Of a DNA stretch of 64,000 bases, positions 26,925 to 38,600 are shown piece after piece. This DNA comes from Haplodiscus bocki (taxonomy: Eukaryota), in NCBI GenBank assembly GCA_965655095.1, contig OZ296654.1, positions 46,004,001-46,068,000 on the forward strand. The letters run 5' to 3'. How positions within the stretch are numbered: position 1 is the first letter of the stretch; every line of letters starts with the position of its first letter. A program made the position numbers and the translations under genes. The notes under the pieces were generated by a model that made no database searches, was not told the DNA's origin, and was given only the letters and a program-made list of their open reading frames with translations.

Positions 26925-27695
26925 GTTAGAAATGAATTTTAGAGGCTTTTCTGAACATCTAAACAAGACGAGTGAAACCGACAGATACTAAAGGTATTTT
27001 TTCACCGCTCGTGTCTCTCAAGTCAAGAAAGAGTATTTGAGCAGAGGTTTGAAATGTAGGCTACTGACTGTCTGATAGTTCATGTACTGCCCACTGGTTA
27101 GAAAGCCGCCAGTTCTTAGCTTTGAAAAAATGGGAAAGCAACGCAGCAAGGGAGCCTTTGTGTCGCCAAAAAACTTGTGTTCAATCAGGTTCGTGTTTTT
27201 CACGAGAGAGTGTATGCGGACAAGTGTGTGCGCAAATTCCGGTTTGTCTATTCTTTATCCTCTCAACATCATTCCGAAATCCGTGCTAACATTACTCCCG
27301 AAAAACTTTAACAAATCTTTACTAAATATTCCAAGACCAGATCCTTCATTTGCAAGGTAAATCTCAAATTTTGCGTTCCCTGAGACATTTCAACCCTTAG
27401 ACACATTTCGCTGTGATTGCGTCTCTCATGAAAGAGACTGTTCATGGCTTCAACAAAAACCGTAATGGAAGGGTTTATACCGGGTTCCAGATAGTAGAAT
27501 TCTGACGCGTTTGAGAGGTTGTTATCAAAAAACTTGAACTTGTTCGCTGTGATAATTTGGTACATTGACGGGTAGGAAATGTCCGAAGTCACAAGTTCCC
27601 ATTGGTCATCCAAATTCGGTTGATCCGGTAAAACTTCTGTAGAGAAGCTGAGTGTTTTGTCTGGAAACAGTTGTACAGATGCATTACAAACCAAC
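26925..27695 (-). pseudogene. Minor capsid protein (penton), decayed
   Basis: ELVCNASVQLFPDKTLS...WELVTSDISYP; GDTKAPLLRCFP...YMNYQT (ORFs 27308-27772, 27018-27203). Confidence 0.8.
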
Positions 27696-28520
27696 TCTGG
27701 AAGATGTTGCAACAATTTCGAAAACTTTCTGTGCAAACCGTGGCTCATAAGATTTCCTGAAGGGTAAGTCATACTTCGAGATAGGAACTGTCTCTAAGTT
27801 TAAACTTGGGTTTTTCAAATTTTCGTAGTGGCTTGTTGTACAGAAAGGACAAAGAAAACGGAATTCTTGACTTTTTGGTAACAATTCATTCGAGCATTTT
27901 TTTCTGGATTTCAGGGTAGTGACGCATTGAGACAACTTGTGAATGTATTTGTATCGATAATCTTCCCTGTAACGGTAAAGTTTTTTTTTCAGCGATATTT
28001 TTGCACGTTCAGCAAATGCAGCCTTAGTCACTCACACGCAAGGTAGAATAAATTAGTATTGCTTCAGCTTTTTATTTTTAAAAAAACTCTCCAGTGTTTT
28101 CTGTTCCTTTATCGATACAAATTTTCTTGGATGATTCTTCTTTGTGATCATAGTTAAAAAATCGCGAACAGTTTCTTTGGAATCTTTTGTTTTCATTCCT
28201 TTTTCATCTACACTTCTATCAAACAGGTCTTGACAAAATAACAGACACTTTACACCGTTAACCCCTTTGGCTGGCTTATCAACGTATGCCAAGTCCGTCC
28301 ACCAAATTTCATTTTTGAGTCTGGCGAACAGTTTCAACCACTTTAATTTACGTGTGGCAACAAAAATTTTCGTGTAGGCAGTTTTTTGAACATGAAAATT
28401 GTCTCACCTTTGATACTGGCAGATTGCCAGCTTTCACCAAATTGTTTACAAACCCAAAAGCAGCACCACACTGAGTGTACAGTCTTTGCAGCTTCTGACG
28501 TTCATATTTTGAAATGAACC
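27696..28520 (-). pseudogene. Retroviral-like DDE integrase, decayed, C-terminus deleted
   Basis: NEIWWTDLAYVD, CQDLFDR, TKAAFAER (ORFs 28053-28337, 27684-28031). Confidence 0.9.
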
Positions 28521-29200
28521 CAGCTTCTTCTCTCCTTGGTTATGACATTTTGATTCAGAACCAGAGTCTGAGACATACCAGCAGTGTCACTTAGAGTGAA
28601 GTAACGGTCTGGAACTGCAGCGTTTTAACGACGCAGTTGCTGAGCAAAGTCTGACAAAAAGTTCCAGTTTTCACACTATGCAATAAATAGTGTTGGAATT
28701 TGACAGCTTGATACGAGAACAAGACAAAGTATTGTCAACTACGGAGCCTGCACTGGTAAACAATTTTTTTCCTTTTCTAGTCGAGTAAATTTGGTACCTG
28801 GTTTTTTATTCAACTTGAATTTTTTGGAGCTCTTGTTTTTGAACTGCCTGGATATTCAAAAACTTGTATTTCTACACAGAAGCCGGGACGCGAACACACT
28901 GCTCCGTATCAAGACAATTGGTTAATGACGGAAACAAAAACAAATTTACGAGTTCAATACCTTTTTCGGCTGCCAGAACGTCCCTTCTGTGCTCACAAGT
29001 GAATATTTTTATAAAAATCAATCGGACCTCGTTTTGAAATTTTGTCACTTGATGTCTTTTTATGCTTTGCAAATTTCCTTTGAGTGGATTTTTTTTCATT
29101 TTCAGAGGAACCTGCTAAACTCTATTGGGCAAGACTGAAGGAAAAAACTTTCGCATTTGAGAGGAAATGATTGGATTACTTGGAAATAGAAAGATTTTGT
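28520..29200 (-). pseudogene. Two small conserved Polinton ORFs between ATPase and integrase, decayed
   Basis: FLQSCP..F.RFL...LKGNLQSIKRHQVTKF matches 11560-11790 in copy 1; the second ORF (EQCVRVPASV...) matches 11795-12160. Confidence 0.6.
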
Positions 29201-29826
29201 GTGTTCATTGTCCAAAGTCTCCAGATGTTTCAACCCGTCCGGGATTAAAAATTCGAGGGAGTAGATCCAGGGTTTCTGCAGTAACGGAGTCAATCAAAAA
29301 AGGACCGTGGGGAATAGAAATTGCGTCTCAATACCAGCCAAGAACGTCTGATCGGAATCCCAATTGTGCACTAAGCCTAATGATGTGCGCATAACAGGGA
29401 GGTTTCAAGAGAACACTGAACGTGTTTTGTTGCTCAACGTCTCAACTAAAATTGCTTTGATGAAACAAATTGCCACTATTGTATTAAGTATTCAATACAC
29501 GATGTCTTCCAGCAAAACCAGTATCAAAAAACGCTTTTCAGATGTAAGTTGCCTCACATGAGTCGCCAAATGTTAACAAATACTTTGCATTGTTGTTTTT
29601 AAACGAATCTATAAAACCAAACTTTAAAACTTGAACAAACTCCAGATTATCAATCTCTTTTGGCATAATTTTGTGAAGTGGCTGAGATTGTTGTTGGAAA
29701 AAAACTTGTTATATTTTGGTTCAAAGGTTCCAATCTGGTGCTACTTGCAAATAATCTGTGAGTTTCCCGCCTTGGACGGACCATCAAAATAAATATACGC
29801 TTTATTGGAGTAATTAACTTGTTCAT
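29020..29826 (-). pseudogene. Packaging ATPase, decayed
   Basis: ATG at 29826; GPSKAGNS degenerate Walker A; HQSNFS*DVEQQNT; colinear with 10840-11667. Confidence 0.82.
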
Positions 29827-30199
29827 AACCTTGGTGACGGTGAACTGTATCCTGCTGCACTACCAAAATTCCCAAACAAACAGTTGTTTCATAACGAGTT
29901 TTTTGAAGTTGAACTCACCAAAAAGCAAACAGCGATAATCAACAAAATGACAAAAGGTCGGAACGAAAAATCTGTCAGATATCTGCAAGAGGATTGTCCC
30001 AAACAAGACCAAATTTTTTTTATTGTTCGTTTTCCACAAGGACAATTTTGCCTTGATCAGTATTATCTTCTTGGTCAGTCATCAATTGCTGGCTTGAACG
30101 CTCAGTTACTCAAAAACTAATCTCGGAGGAAGGTTGAATCGTTTCGAAAGATTTAATTGCGTAGAAACTGACACAACATTCCATAGTGCAACTCTTACA

Positions 30200-30665
30200 A
30201 TTACTGCTGCTTTGTCCAGTTAGCAAGCAATTTTGCTTTGCGCTCTGCACTGTGAAGTGTTTTCTTGCGTTTGACAGCGTAACTCGAGCACAAACACAAT
30301 TTTCCAACTGCTCTAGGATCAGCAAATTCTGTTTTTTGAGGCAACTATGATGCTCCAAGTTTTCCACTGCTTTATCTTTTGAATTGTAGAAAAATTTGCA
30401 TTTTGCACTCTTCTGTCTCTTTGGCAAAATATTCACCCCTTACAAAACTGAGAAGAATGTTTCGAAGCTCACTGTAATCCAAACAATCACTGTCAGTTTC
30501 AATTCCGTGCATCTTTCCTGTTCATCAAATTGCTTGTTTCTGGGGTTTGTACCTCTTTGGAGCACAAGATGAGTATCCCAGAACCTTCCGATCAGTAAAA
30601 ATCCCAACTCGTTAATGAATTTTATATATGCAAGCTCAGTATCTAGTACAATGCAAAACATACTG
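30200..30665 (-). pseudogene. Putative DEDD exonuclease-like accessory gene, decayed
   Basis: MFCIVLDTELAYIKFINELG...HSAERKAK; homolog of 9970-10495. Confidence 0.45.
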
Positions 30666-31589
30666 CTTCCAAAGTCAGCAGATTTGAAAATGAAAGGCAG
30701 AAACAGTTTTAAAAGCGAAAGTGTAGTCCAGTTACGTGACCAAGCACATAAGAACTTGGTCCTCGTCCAGTCATGGAACAGTAGCCAAAGACTTTTACCA
30801 ATTTTTGACCGCACGGCTCCAGCAGCGCCATGTGTTTTTGCCTGTATTCTAAACGCCATGGAATGAAAAAACATAAACTCAAAAACACGAACAATTACTA
30901 AACAAGTATACCTTCCGAAAAAAAACCCACCAAATTTAATTTTTTCGGTCCATCTTACGTAACAAAAGTGTATCATCCCAACAGTGACCTGCACTTAGAA
31001 TAAAAAAGTTCCCAGCACCATTGTGGTCAAATGAAAATGTTTTTCTGAAGTAGTATCGGAAAATGCTCCTTAGTGTCATTACAAAGAGAACATCCATCCT
31101 TGACGAAAGTTGTTTCAAACACAAACAGAACAGTTGTTCCATTCAGTTCCATGCACCGCTTGGAAAGTACTTCAATGTTACTCTTTTTTTATACTCCTTT
31201 TGTCAAGAGCGTTTGGTTCTCTGACATGTTCAGATGAACTTCATTGTTTCATTGTATAAATTTTTTCGTTAACGATACACGGCATTATACAATTTGTTTG
31301 TAGCAGTCTTGAAGTTAACACATATTTTTCTCCTATCATTAATTTTTGTTCTCTTTGGGCGGGAAATTTCTTCTTTGGATCAGTCTGTTCAATGACTGGT
31401 AACTGTTGCTTTTCAACTCCAAATAGTGTAAAATGTTTGGAAGAAGTTTTTGGAGTGGTAAGTACAACATGATAAAGTCTCCATTTTGACTTTAGCTGAA
31501 GAAATGGGCTTCAATTGTCTCGAATGCTCTATTTCATCGTGATTCGAAAAGAAAACAAATTGATAAAGAGTGAATAGTTGCAATTACTT

Positions 31590-32140
31590 TTTGTAGGAAA
31601 TTACTAGTGGGTTTGTCAGTAATGGCTTAACCATATACAGAATTTCTTACATCAAATGGATGGAAAAGTTCTTCTCGCCCCCTTTCTTCTTTGCAAATAA
31701 TTGGACTTGAGCCTATGATCTCTCTAGCTTGACCACAGTTTACGCATCAGTGTCACAGATATTTTTCTGTTTTTTTCGGTCCACAAAGTCACCTAGTTTT
31801 TGAGCGAACTTGAGTTGTTCATCCATATCTTTGACATTGTCAGAACCTGTACTGGAGTCAATTTTTCCTCTCATCCAAAAAATTTCACTCGACAACTAGC
31901 TGATTTTTTTGTGTGATAAATTGATCGAAGACTGTTTCTCCCTTTTTAAGGTGTTGTATCAGTTGAAACAATTTGTTGTCACCTCTCTTGCAATGTTTGA
32001 GTTTAACATTCAAAAAAGTCGAGTCATCTGTGGACGAGAAAAGCGTCCTAATCTGTCTTCACATTTTCCAAAATGTCCACAATTTCGGTACGAGTTAGCT
32101 TGTCCATGGAAAGAGTATTGTTCCGAGTGAAGGGTTTTGG
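31590..32140 (-). pseudogene. Polinton accessory gene (possibly PC4-like), decayed
   Basis: FGKCEDRLGRFS...MSKDMDEQLKFAQKL; homolog of 8665-9085. Confidence 0.5.
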
Positions 32141-32304
32141 TTGTCGATATAGTACTCTGGATTCTGGAAGAAGTGTTTTTTTTAAAATGAAAGTTAAAGA
32201 CTGATTTTGGGGCTGCGATTTGTTGCTTATTCGCAATACTCCAGAGCAATGATCATCCAGCGAGAACTTGAAAAAAACCAACCATCAGATTTTGTATGAA
32301 ATAT

Positions 32305-32480
32305 TTTGACGACGTATCAGACTTAGTAGCATTTTTTTGACAACGCGTCAGATTTTCAACCTTTTTCTTCACAACGCCTCAGATATGTAACTTGACAAAA
32401 TTTTAAAAAGCAGTTTTAGAGTCATACAAATTACGACGTGTCATTTTTCCATTCAACAGGTTTACAACGTGTCTGATTTT
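32305..32480. repeat. Array of about five degenerate ACAACGCGTCAGATTT motifs in a Polinton intergenic region
   Basis: gacgacgtatcagactt, gacaacgcgtcagatttt, cacaacgcctcagatatg, tacgacgtgtcattttt, tacaacgtgtctgatttt at ~30-40 bp spacing. Confidence 0.65.
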
Positions 32481-32999
32481 GAATCAAAATTATTCATGAT
32501 TTCTAGGTACAAAATGGAACCTAATTCCAACGCTTGTTTTCTTCACAACGTCTTCCTCCATACTATCATGAACAATAACAGCATACATTGTACTCGTCAA
32601 CAAAATGATAGCATTCACCTTTCAAACAGTAGTTCTTGTTCTCTTTTTCAACGGGACTTTGTGCCTTAATTTCGCTGTGGTGTACCACTCTTCAATCTGT
32701 TCGAACTTGATATTTGCAAAAACTAGCTGCTACTAGTAAGATTAATGGTAACGAGAAAAAAAACTGTTTCTGTCCCACGCATGTTTAACTAGTTTTTGAA
32801 GAAATTTTTGATAAAGTGTAACATTTCTAATTACGTTTTTCATCAAAACACAAACACAGTGACAATTTCATAATTTTTTTAACCAAATTTTTGTAAAGAG
32901 AGTGAATTATTTGTAAGAATGGGAGAATTCTCCTGGTTTCCACTTCTTCTATCAGGATCGGTTTTCCAGCCATCGAACCCATCGCAAAATCTTTAAAAG

Positions 33000-34670
33000 T
33001 TGAAGGGGAGATGGGGGTATCTAGGGGGAAAGGGGAAAGACTGCATCCATATTCAAGTCAGGATCCTCCCAGTGAAACTCAATTCCGTCGATACTGGCCA
33101 CCGGAAAACCGCTTGTTTCCATGACTTGTGCGCATACATTTGAGAGTACACACTCCCTCAATTCCACAGTTCCTTGCTTGTTGGGGGTAAATGGAACTCG
33201 CGCTAGGTGATTATCCAAAACTTCTTGTCTTTGAGACAGGAAGCTCCAAGCTGCCAGAGGAATGTCCGGGGCACATATTGTCTTTTCTTGGACGAGGTCT
33301 TTTACAGTCAGAAAAATTAAATCTTCACCAAAGTCGAGAGACCAATCATTACGATTGCTGGAGACTGAAGAAATCATGCTGTTTTATTGTAGATTGCAAA
33401 GGTGTAAATTTAGACTGGGAGTAATTTCTTGGTTGCCTGTATGAACCAAGGGGGAGTGGACGCATTAATGCCGTAAACGGAATAATGTTCGCCCATTTTG
33501 GCGCAGCCTGAGGTGTGGCTGATTGCAATTGGCGGAGAAGTCACGATTAATTCTTTTGGCCAAGCAATATACCCCATCACCGTAAAAATAAACAAATGTC
33601 GGTTTTTGATCCTTAAAAGGCCTTTTCAAGTTGTGGCAGCACTCTGTGAATTGCAGACATTCGTGACAGTTTTCGCCATTACTTTTTCATGTAAGGACAT
33701 AGACACGCTTTTGTCTTGAACAACAACTGCCGTGACAAAAGACATCTCCAATAAGATCTTGACCTGATTTCTGCGTCTCTTCAAAAATAAATTTTGGTGA
33801 TTACACATCAAAAGAAAATAATTGGTTTTCTCTTTAGAGTGAACGGACCTTATATATGGGTCCTTATTGAGGACATGGTTGATCAATTGTGTCGAGATTC
33901 TGAAAAAATTTTTTGCTCACGTGAAGATTCCCAGAACACATTTTTTTCGGACAGTTCACGTTCCCACTAAAATTAATATTGCTCTTATCATAACCACAAA
34001 TAGTGTTAAATGTGTTACACATCGAAACTGCTCTCAATTGTTTCACATTTGTTTCCAACGTAAATTGGTTTTTGTAGAGTTGTTGATTATCATGATGATT
34101 ATGCTTGACAATTTCTGTAGGTACGATCTGATTAAGATGTAGCTCAAACCTTTTGATAGCAAAGACACAAAGTTTGTTGTTTTCCCATTGGAACGAAAAA
34201 TAGATTTGTGTATTTCGATGTTCAATGGTCTTTGCATAGTAATGAGCAGAGGGAAGATCTTCCAATTTTGTAGGTCCGATCTCAATTTGGTCTGTGATAA
34301 CGAAACCTGTAAGCAATTGCTAGCTTGGTCAGAAGTGTTGAGAAGATCGAGCAAGCTGTTGACCAAGAACTGAAGCCTCTTTTGGAAATTTTTACTTTTT
34401 CTTGGAGGATTTATCGGTGCTGTATCTTCAGATCGCAAAACTGGAACACTCTAACTGCAAACGACTTTTTGTTAGAGACTTTGCTAAAAAGCGTCATTCG
34501 ATGCTGGGACTGGAAATCGTCAAAAACGCAGTGTTCAAAATAAATATCAACGTCAGTTTCGTCCAAAAAGTCTTCCAGTTTTTCTGCGTTTAACAGAGAG
34601 AGTTGGCACAAACTGAGAATTGGGTCTTTGGCAAAGATCAACTGCTTTTATTGTAAAATGAATAAACTGA
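33000..34670 (-). pseudogene. Cluster of Polinton accessory ORFs of unknown function, decayed
   Basis: ORF fragments 34411-34641, 33864-34316, 33410-33595 and 33021-33377, co-oriented with the structural module. Confidence 0.5.
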
Positions 34671-35399
34671 CGGTGCAGTTGTAACCGCGATACTGTTGGT
34701 TAAAGTTTTTGACTTTGAGGTATGGTAATCTTTTTTTGATCAGTCACATGTGATCATCTTGCTTCTGACAAAAAAAAATTGTGGAACCAATGTATGGTGG
34801 TTAAAAAACTAATAGGTTGATTAGGTCACTGGAAATACTTAAATCCACAATTCCAGATCGGAAGCTTTTAAATTCCACACCACACATTATCTGCCCGATC
34901 GAAAAACATTGTTTGATCCGTATATGTAATTTTTTTTGATTGACAGTTGAGACGAAATTAAAAAGGACAAACAAATCAACTTCCTCAGGCCTATCGGGAG
35001 AACTTGTTCCACTTGAATGATTTACTTAGACACGCTGTCTTGGGGAATTAACTCAATTGGTTAATTTTCTGCGACAGTCTGTGGTCTTAACAGGGGATTT
35101 TGTTCCGCTCGAAAGTTTCTCACAGACATTCTGTTTTAATCATTTTTCAGAAGTTTAAAATTATCGGTTTTTGAGATAAACAAACTGATTGACATTTTTT
35201 TCCTTTTTTCTTTTTTCTTTTCGGTATTATTCTTTTCGTGTTTGGTATTTCTCAACAAGGTTTTTTCATAAATATTTTGAGGAAATGAGTATAATTTGCA
35301 AAACATTTTTTGCCATCTTTTCTCTTACTTTGCAACAGTCAAGTTGCTACAATGTTCACGTTTACTTTAGATTACCTTATTAAACTTCTGATGCTCAAA

Positions 35400-37888
35400 T
35401 GCTTTCTTTGGTCTGAAAATGAAAAGTCTGAAAGCGAATACTGTGGTAATCAAGTAAAGGGAAACAATTTAGTGCGTCACAAGAAGAAATTTTCAACGGG
35501 AACCCTGTACTGAGGCAAATTTTTGATGCTCTTCACAATCTCCCAGCAAAAGTTGAGCTTCAATTTTGCCGGGCAGCATAACTCAAAAAAATGTTTGCAA
35601 GTGACACCCGTGCGGTAAAGACTTTCCTAATTTCGTTTCCTACCGATTACACTGACAAAAGATTGTTGGAGCGAAAAGTGGGTCAAAAGCAAAAAAAAAC
35701 TGACATTAAAAGTAAAGTCGGAGATGTAGGTTACGGTTGCTTCAAAGAAGGGTTAGAAACGTGCAAATACTTCATCGTCGAAGCTGAGATGAAGAATGAG
35801 AGACATAGAGTCTTTAACTTTGCAACCGATTCTCATTTGTTTAGTAAAAAGTTAAATCTGGTGTTTGATAGTCTCAATTATGCAGTAGGGATGAAAGTAG
35901 CTTTTGGCTTCGTTGTCAAAAACGTAGATGATGGCAGTTGCCGCCACTAAAATCCCCACGAAAATCACGCTGATGAAATGATCCAAACTCGCGGTTACGA
36001 AATTAGATTTGAAGCAAATCGAAAGGTTGCCGATTAATGTTGATATGATTGGATCCTGCACAAGAGAGCGGGAAAACACCAGGTGGAAGATTCTCGGACT
36101 AACGAGAGTTACAGTTTTGCTGAACTTTTGAGAATAAATGTTGTTTTGCCTAAACTACTCATCAAAAATCATTCGGTCAATTGATTGACTTTGGATAAGA
36201 GCATCAGAAAACTATATAACGATAACCTATGTTTCTTCAGAGCTCTGGCTCTCCATTTGCACCTAGTTAATGATAATTTGAAAAAAATACGTCTAAAATG
36301 TTTCCTGAATATGTACAAAAAATGGAAGACGTTGATACAGCCAAACTTGGAGGCGTGTGTATGATTGAAATTTAAAACGTTGCATACTTGACAAAATAAA
36401 CTTTTTTCTGTAAGATATTGACTTCTGTTGATAGAGCTCTTGTTGGAGAACTAGCTAGAAGAATCATAGGATTTATTCCAACAGTGTGAAGTTGTTACGT
36501 TACATTAGGCACCTTTGTTGCGTTTCCGATATCAATGCTCTCTTCGAAGCCCAGCGTTGTCCATGGTATGATAAATCTATTTAAAAAGCTAGTAACCTGG
36601 AGAAGCATTGAACAGCTTGCACAGAAGGAGTCAAGCATTTTTTGCCAAAAAACGTGTATCAGCTACGGGAAAAACTTTATGGCAAATTAGACGTTTTCGA
36701 TAACCCGTGCACAAACGAACGTAAGCATTTTCAGATTAGGGCTATTTTTGATATCGAGTCAGTTCTAGTGGAGGATGAAGAACTAAAAGATCCAAAAACT
36801 ACAACCTATATCTAAATACATATCCTAATATCACCTTCAATACCATCCTATAATTTTGGAGATCTTGTCTTCCTCTGCGATGTTTATCTTGATGACTTGG
36901 TGTTATCTTTCATTGATGCTCTGGCAAATCTTGACAAATAGAGTGAAGCGCAGTTTGAACTGAATCTCATGCAAGTTGAAACAACAATATGGAAATAAAA
37001 TTGCAGAGTTTTACGAAAGTTCTAGTCAATGTCGCACTAATACAATCAAAATCGAAAAAAACTGTCTTAGAAATGACTCTGTTGATGTCTCAACACTGTT
37101 TATAAATGCAAAAATTTTAACTCATTGATTGGTAGGATCACTTTGAGAGATATTGTAAAACATTATCAGTTTTTGCCGTCATCAGTGCAGAGCACGATAT
37201 CAACTTGATCAAGGCTCCTTTTTTTCACCAAGTTTTGTTGATGAACGAGACTTTGAGCCAATTGTTATACAGAAGCTTGATCACCTAGTCTCGTTCACAT
37301 TTGGTAACGTTTAGTTGCTTGATATTTTGAATTTTTCCGTGGAGCCACCAATCTTGATTCTTTCCTTGAAGCGTACACATCGAAAGAAACGAAAAGCCTC
37401 TTCCTCTTTCAATGGGTCAAGCACCCAGACAAGATGAATGGCACAGAATTTCCCCCCTTAGGGTTATTTGTTACAAAAATTTACGAAAATGCGATGCTCT
37501 CGAGAGGGAACATCGAGGCTGTGAAAGATTGATCAGTAGTGGAAACTAGACGCAATCTACTTTAACCAAATTGAATCTCTTTGAAGTACTGGAGCTGACA
37601 ACTATGAAACCTTGTACAAAGTGTGCGAAAGAGGAATTATGCAGACATTCAAAGACATTTTGTGGTAGTACAACAACAAAGACATTGTCATGACTTTGGA
37701 GGCTTGTAGAAAATGAATACGTTTTGTCATGATAAGGGTATTGACGTGCTTAGGATTGAATGCAAAAGACCCAATCTCGCCCACACTTGTCTTCACAAGT
37801 CATTGAGGTCAAAATTTCATCCCTCTAAAGAAACTGGCATAATCTTGCTGGAAAGAGTCCGCGAAGACATGGTCGGCAGACCGTCAAT
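35400..37888 (+). pseudogene. Protein-primed DNA polymerase B, 5' half (subfamily B), cut at GRPSI by a Polinton terminus
   Basis: N-terminal zinc-finger remnant, YNDNLCFFRALALHL, AIFDIES (Exo I), SAEHDINLIK (Exo II), YNNKDI (Exo III), REDMVGRPSI. Confidence 0.88.
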
Positions 37889-38600
37889 AGTAGCAGAAGG
37901 GTGGGCAGATCAGATGGGGGGCTGAAGACCCTAGGTTTTAAGATTGTCTCTAGTGAGCTGAGTTTAGCCGAGAGCCAAGAAGCGTCCTCAGGCCTAGCCA
38001 AGAGCTCTCGATTGTTTTTGGGTGACGTAATGCTCGCTTGTGATTGGCTGTGCAAGTGTAAGTGTTTTTCGTGCTCAATTCTGACTGCCTGCCGAGAACG
38101 TTTCGGTTTTGGGCACAAGTCCAATAAGCTCAGCAATGCATTAGGATAGGGAGTGGGCTTAATGACTCGTTCTTTGGCGCTCTAAGACTTTTTCGACAAG
38201 GTTTTTTTTAATTTTTGTACAGTTCAATAATATATTAAGATAGGGTGTAGTTCGTTAATGTATTCAGTTAGCGTATAGTTTCATAATGTTTTGAGAGAGG
38301 GTGAAGCTCGGTGAGGCATTGAGATGGGGTATAATATACTTTAACTCAAGAATCTCAAATAAACTTGAAAATTGTAACAACTTGACTTAAGCAATGAAAG
38401 AGGTACAATGGCGAAAAAAATGTAGCTGGCGTTACCTATCAAATTACAACATATATGGAAGGACCACAAAAAGAAAGGTCAACCATAAACAAAAAAACCT
38501 TACTAACTGTCAATGGCTTTATCTCACGCCTGTGTATACTGTTTCAAGTTATTGCTTAATAAAAAGACTGAAGTCAAGTTTAAAAAATAATATTTTGAGA
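37889..38600 (+). repeat. Polinton terminal repeat, partner of 22462-23540
   Basis: Starts AGTAGCAGAAGGG exactly where pPolB homology stops; homologous to the 22462 terminus. Confidence 0.85.

Larger units (their letters stand above)
22462..34670 (-). mobile_element. Polinton/Maverick copy 2 (subfamily A): TIR plus structural and accessory genes
   Basis: AGTAGTAG terminus at 22462; protease, two hexons, core gene, penton, integrase, ATPase and accessory genes all on the minus strand. Confidence 0.92.
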
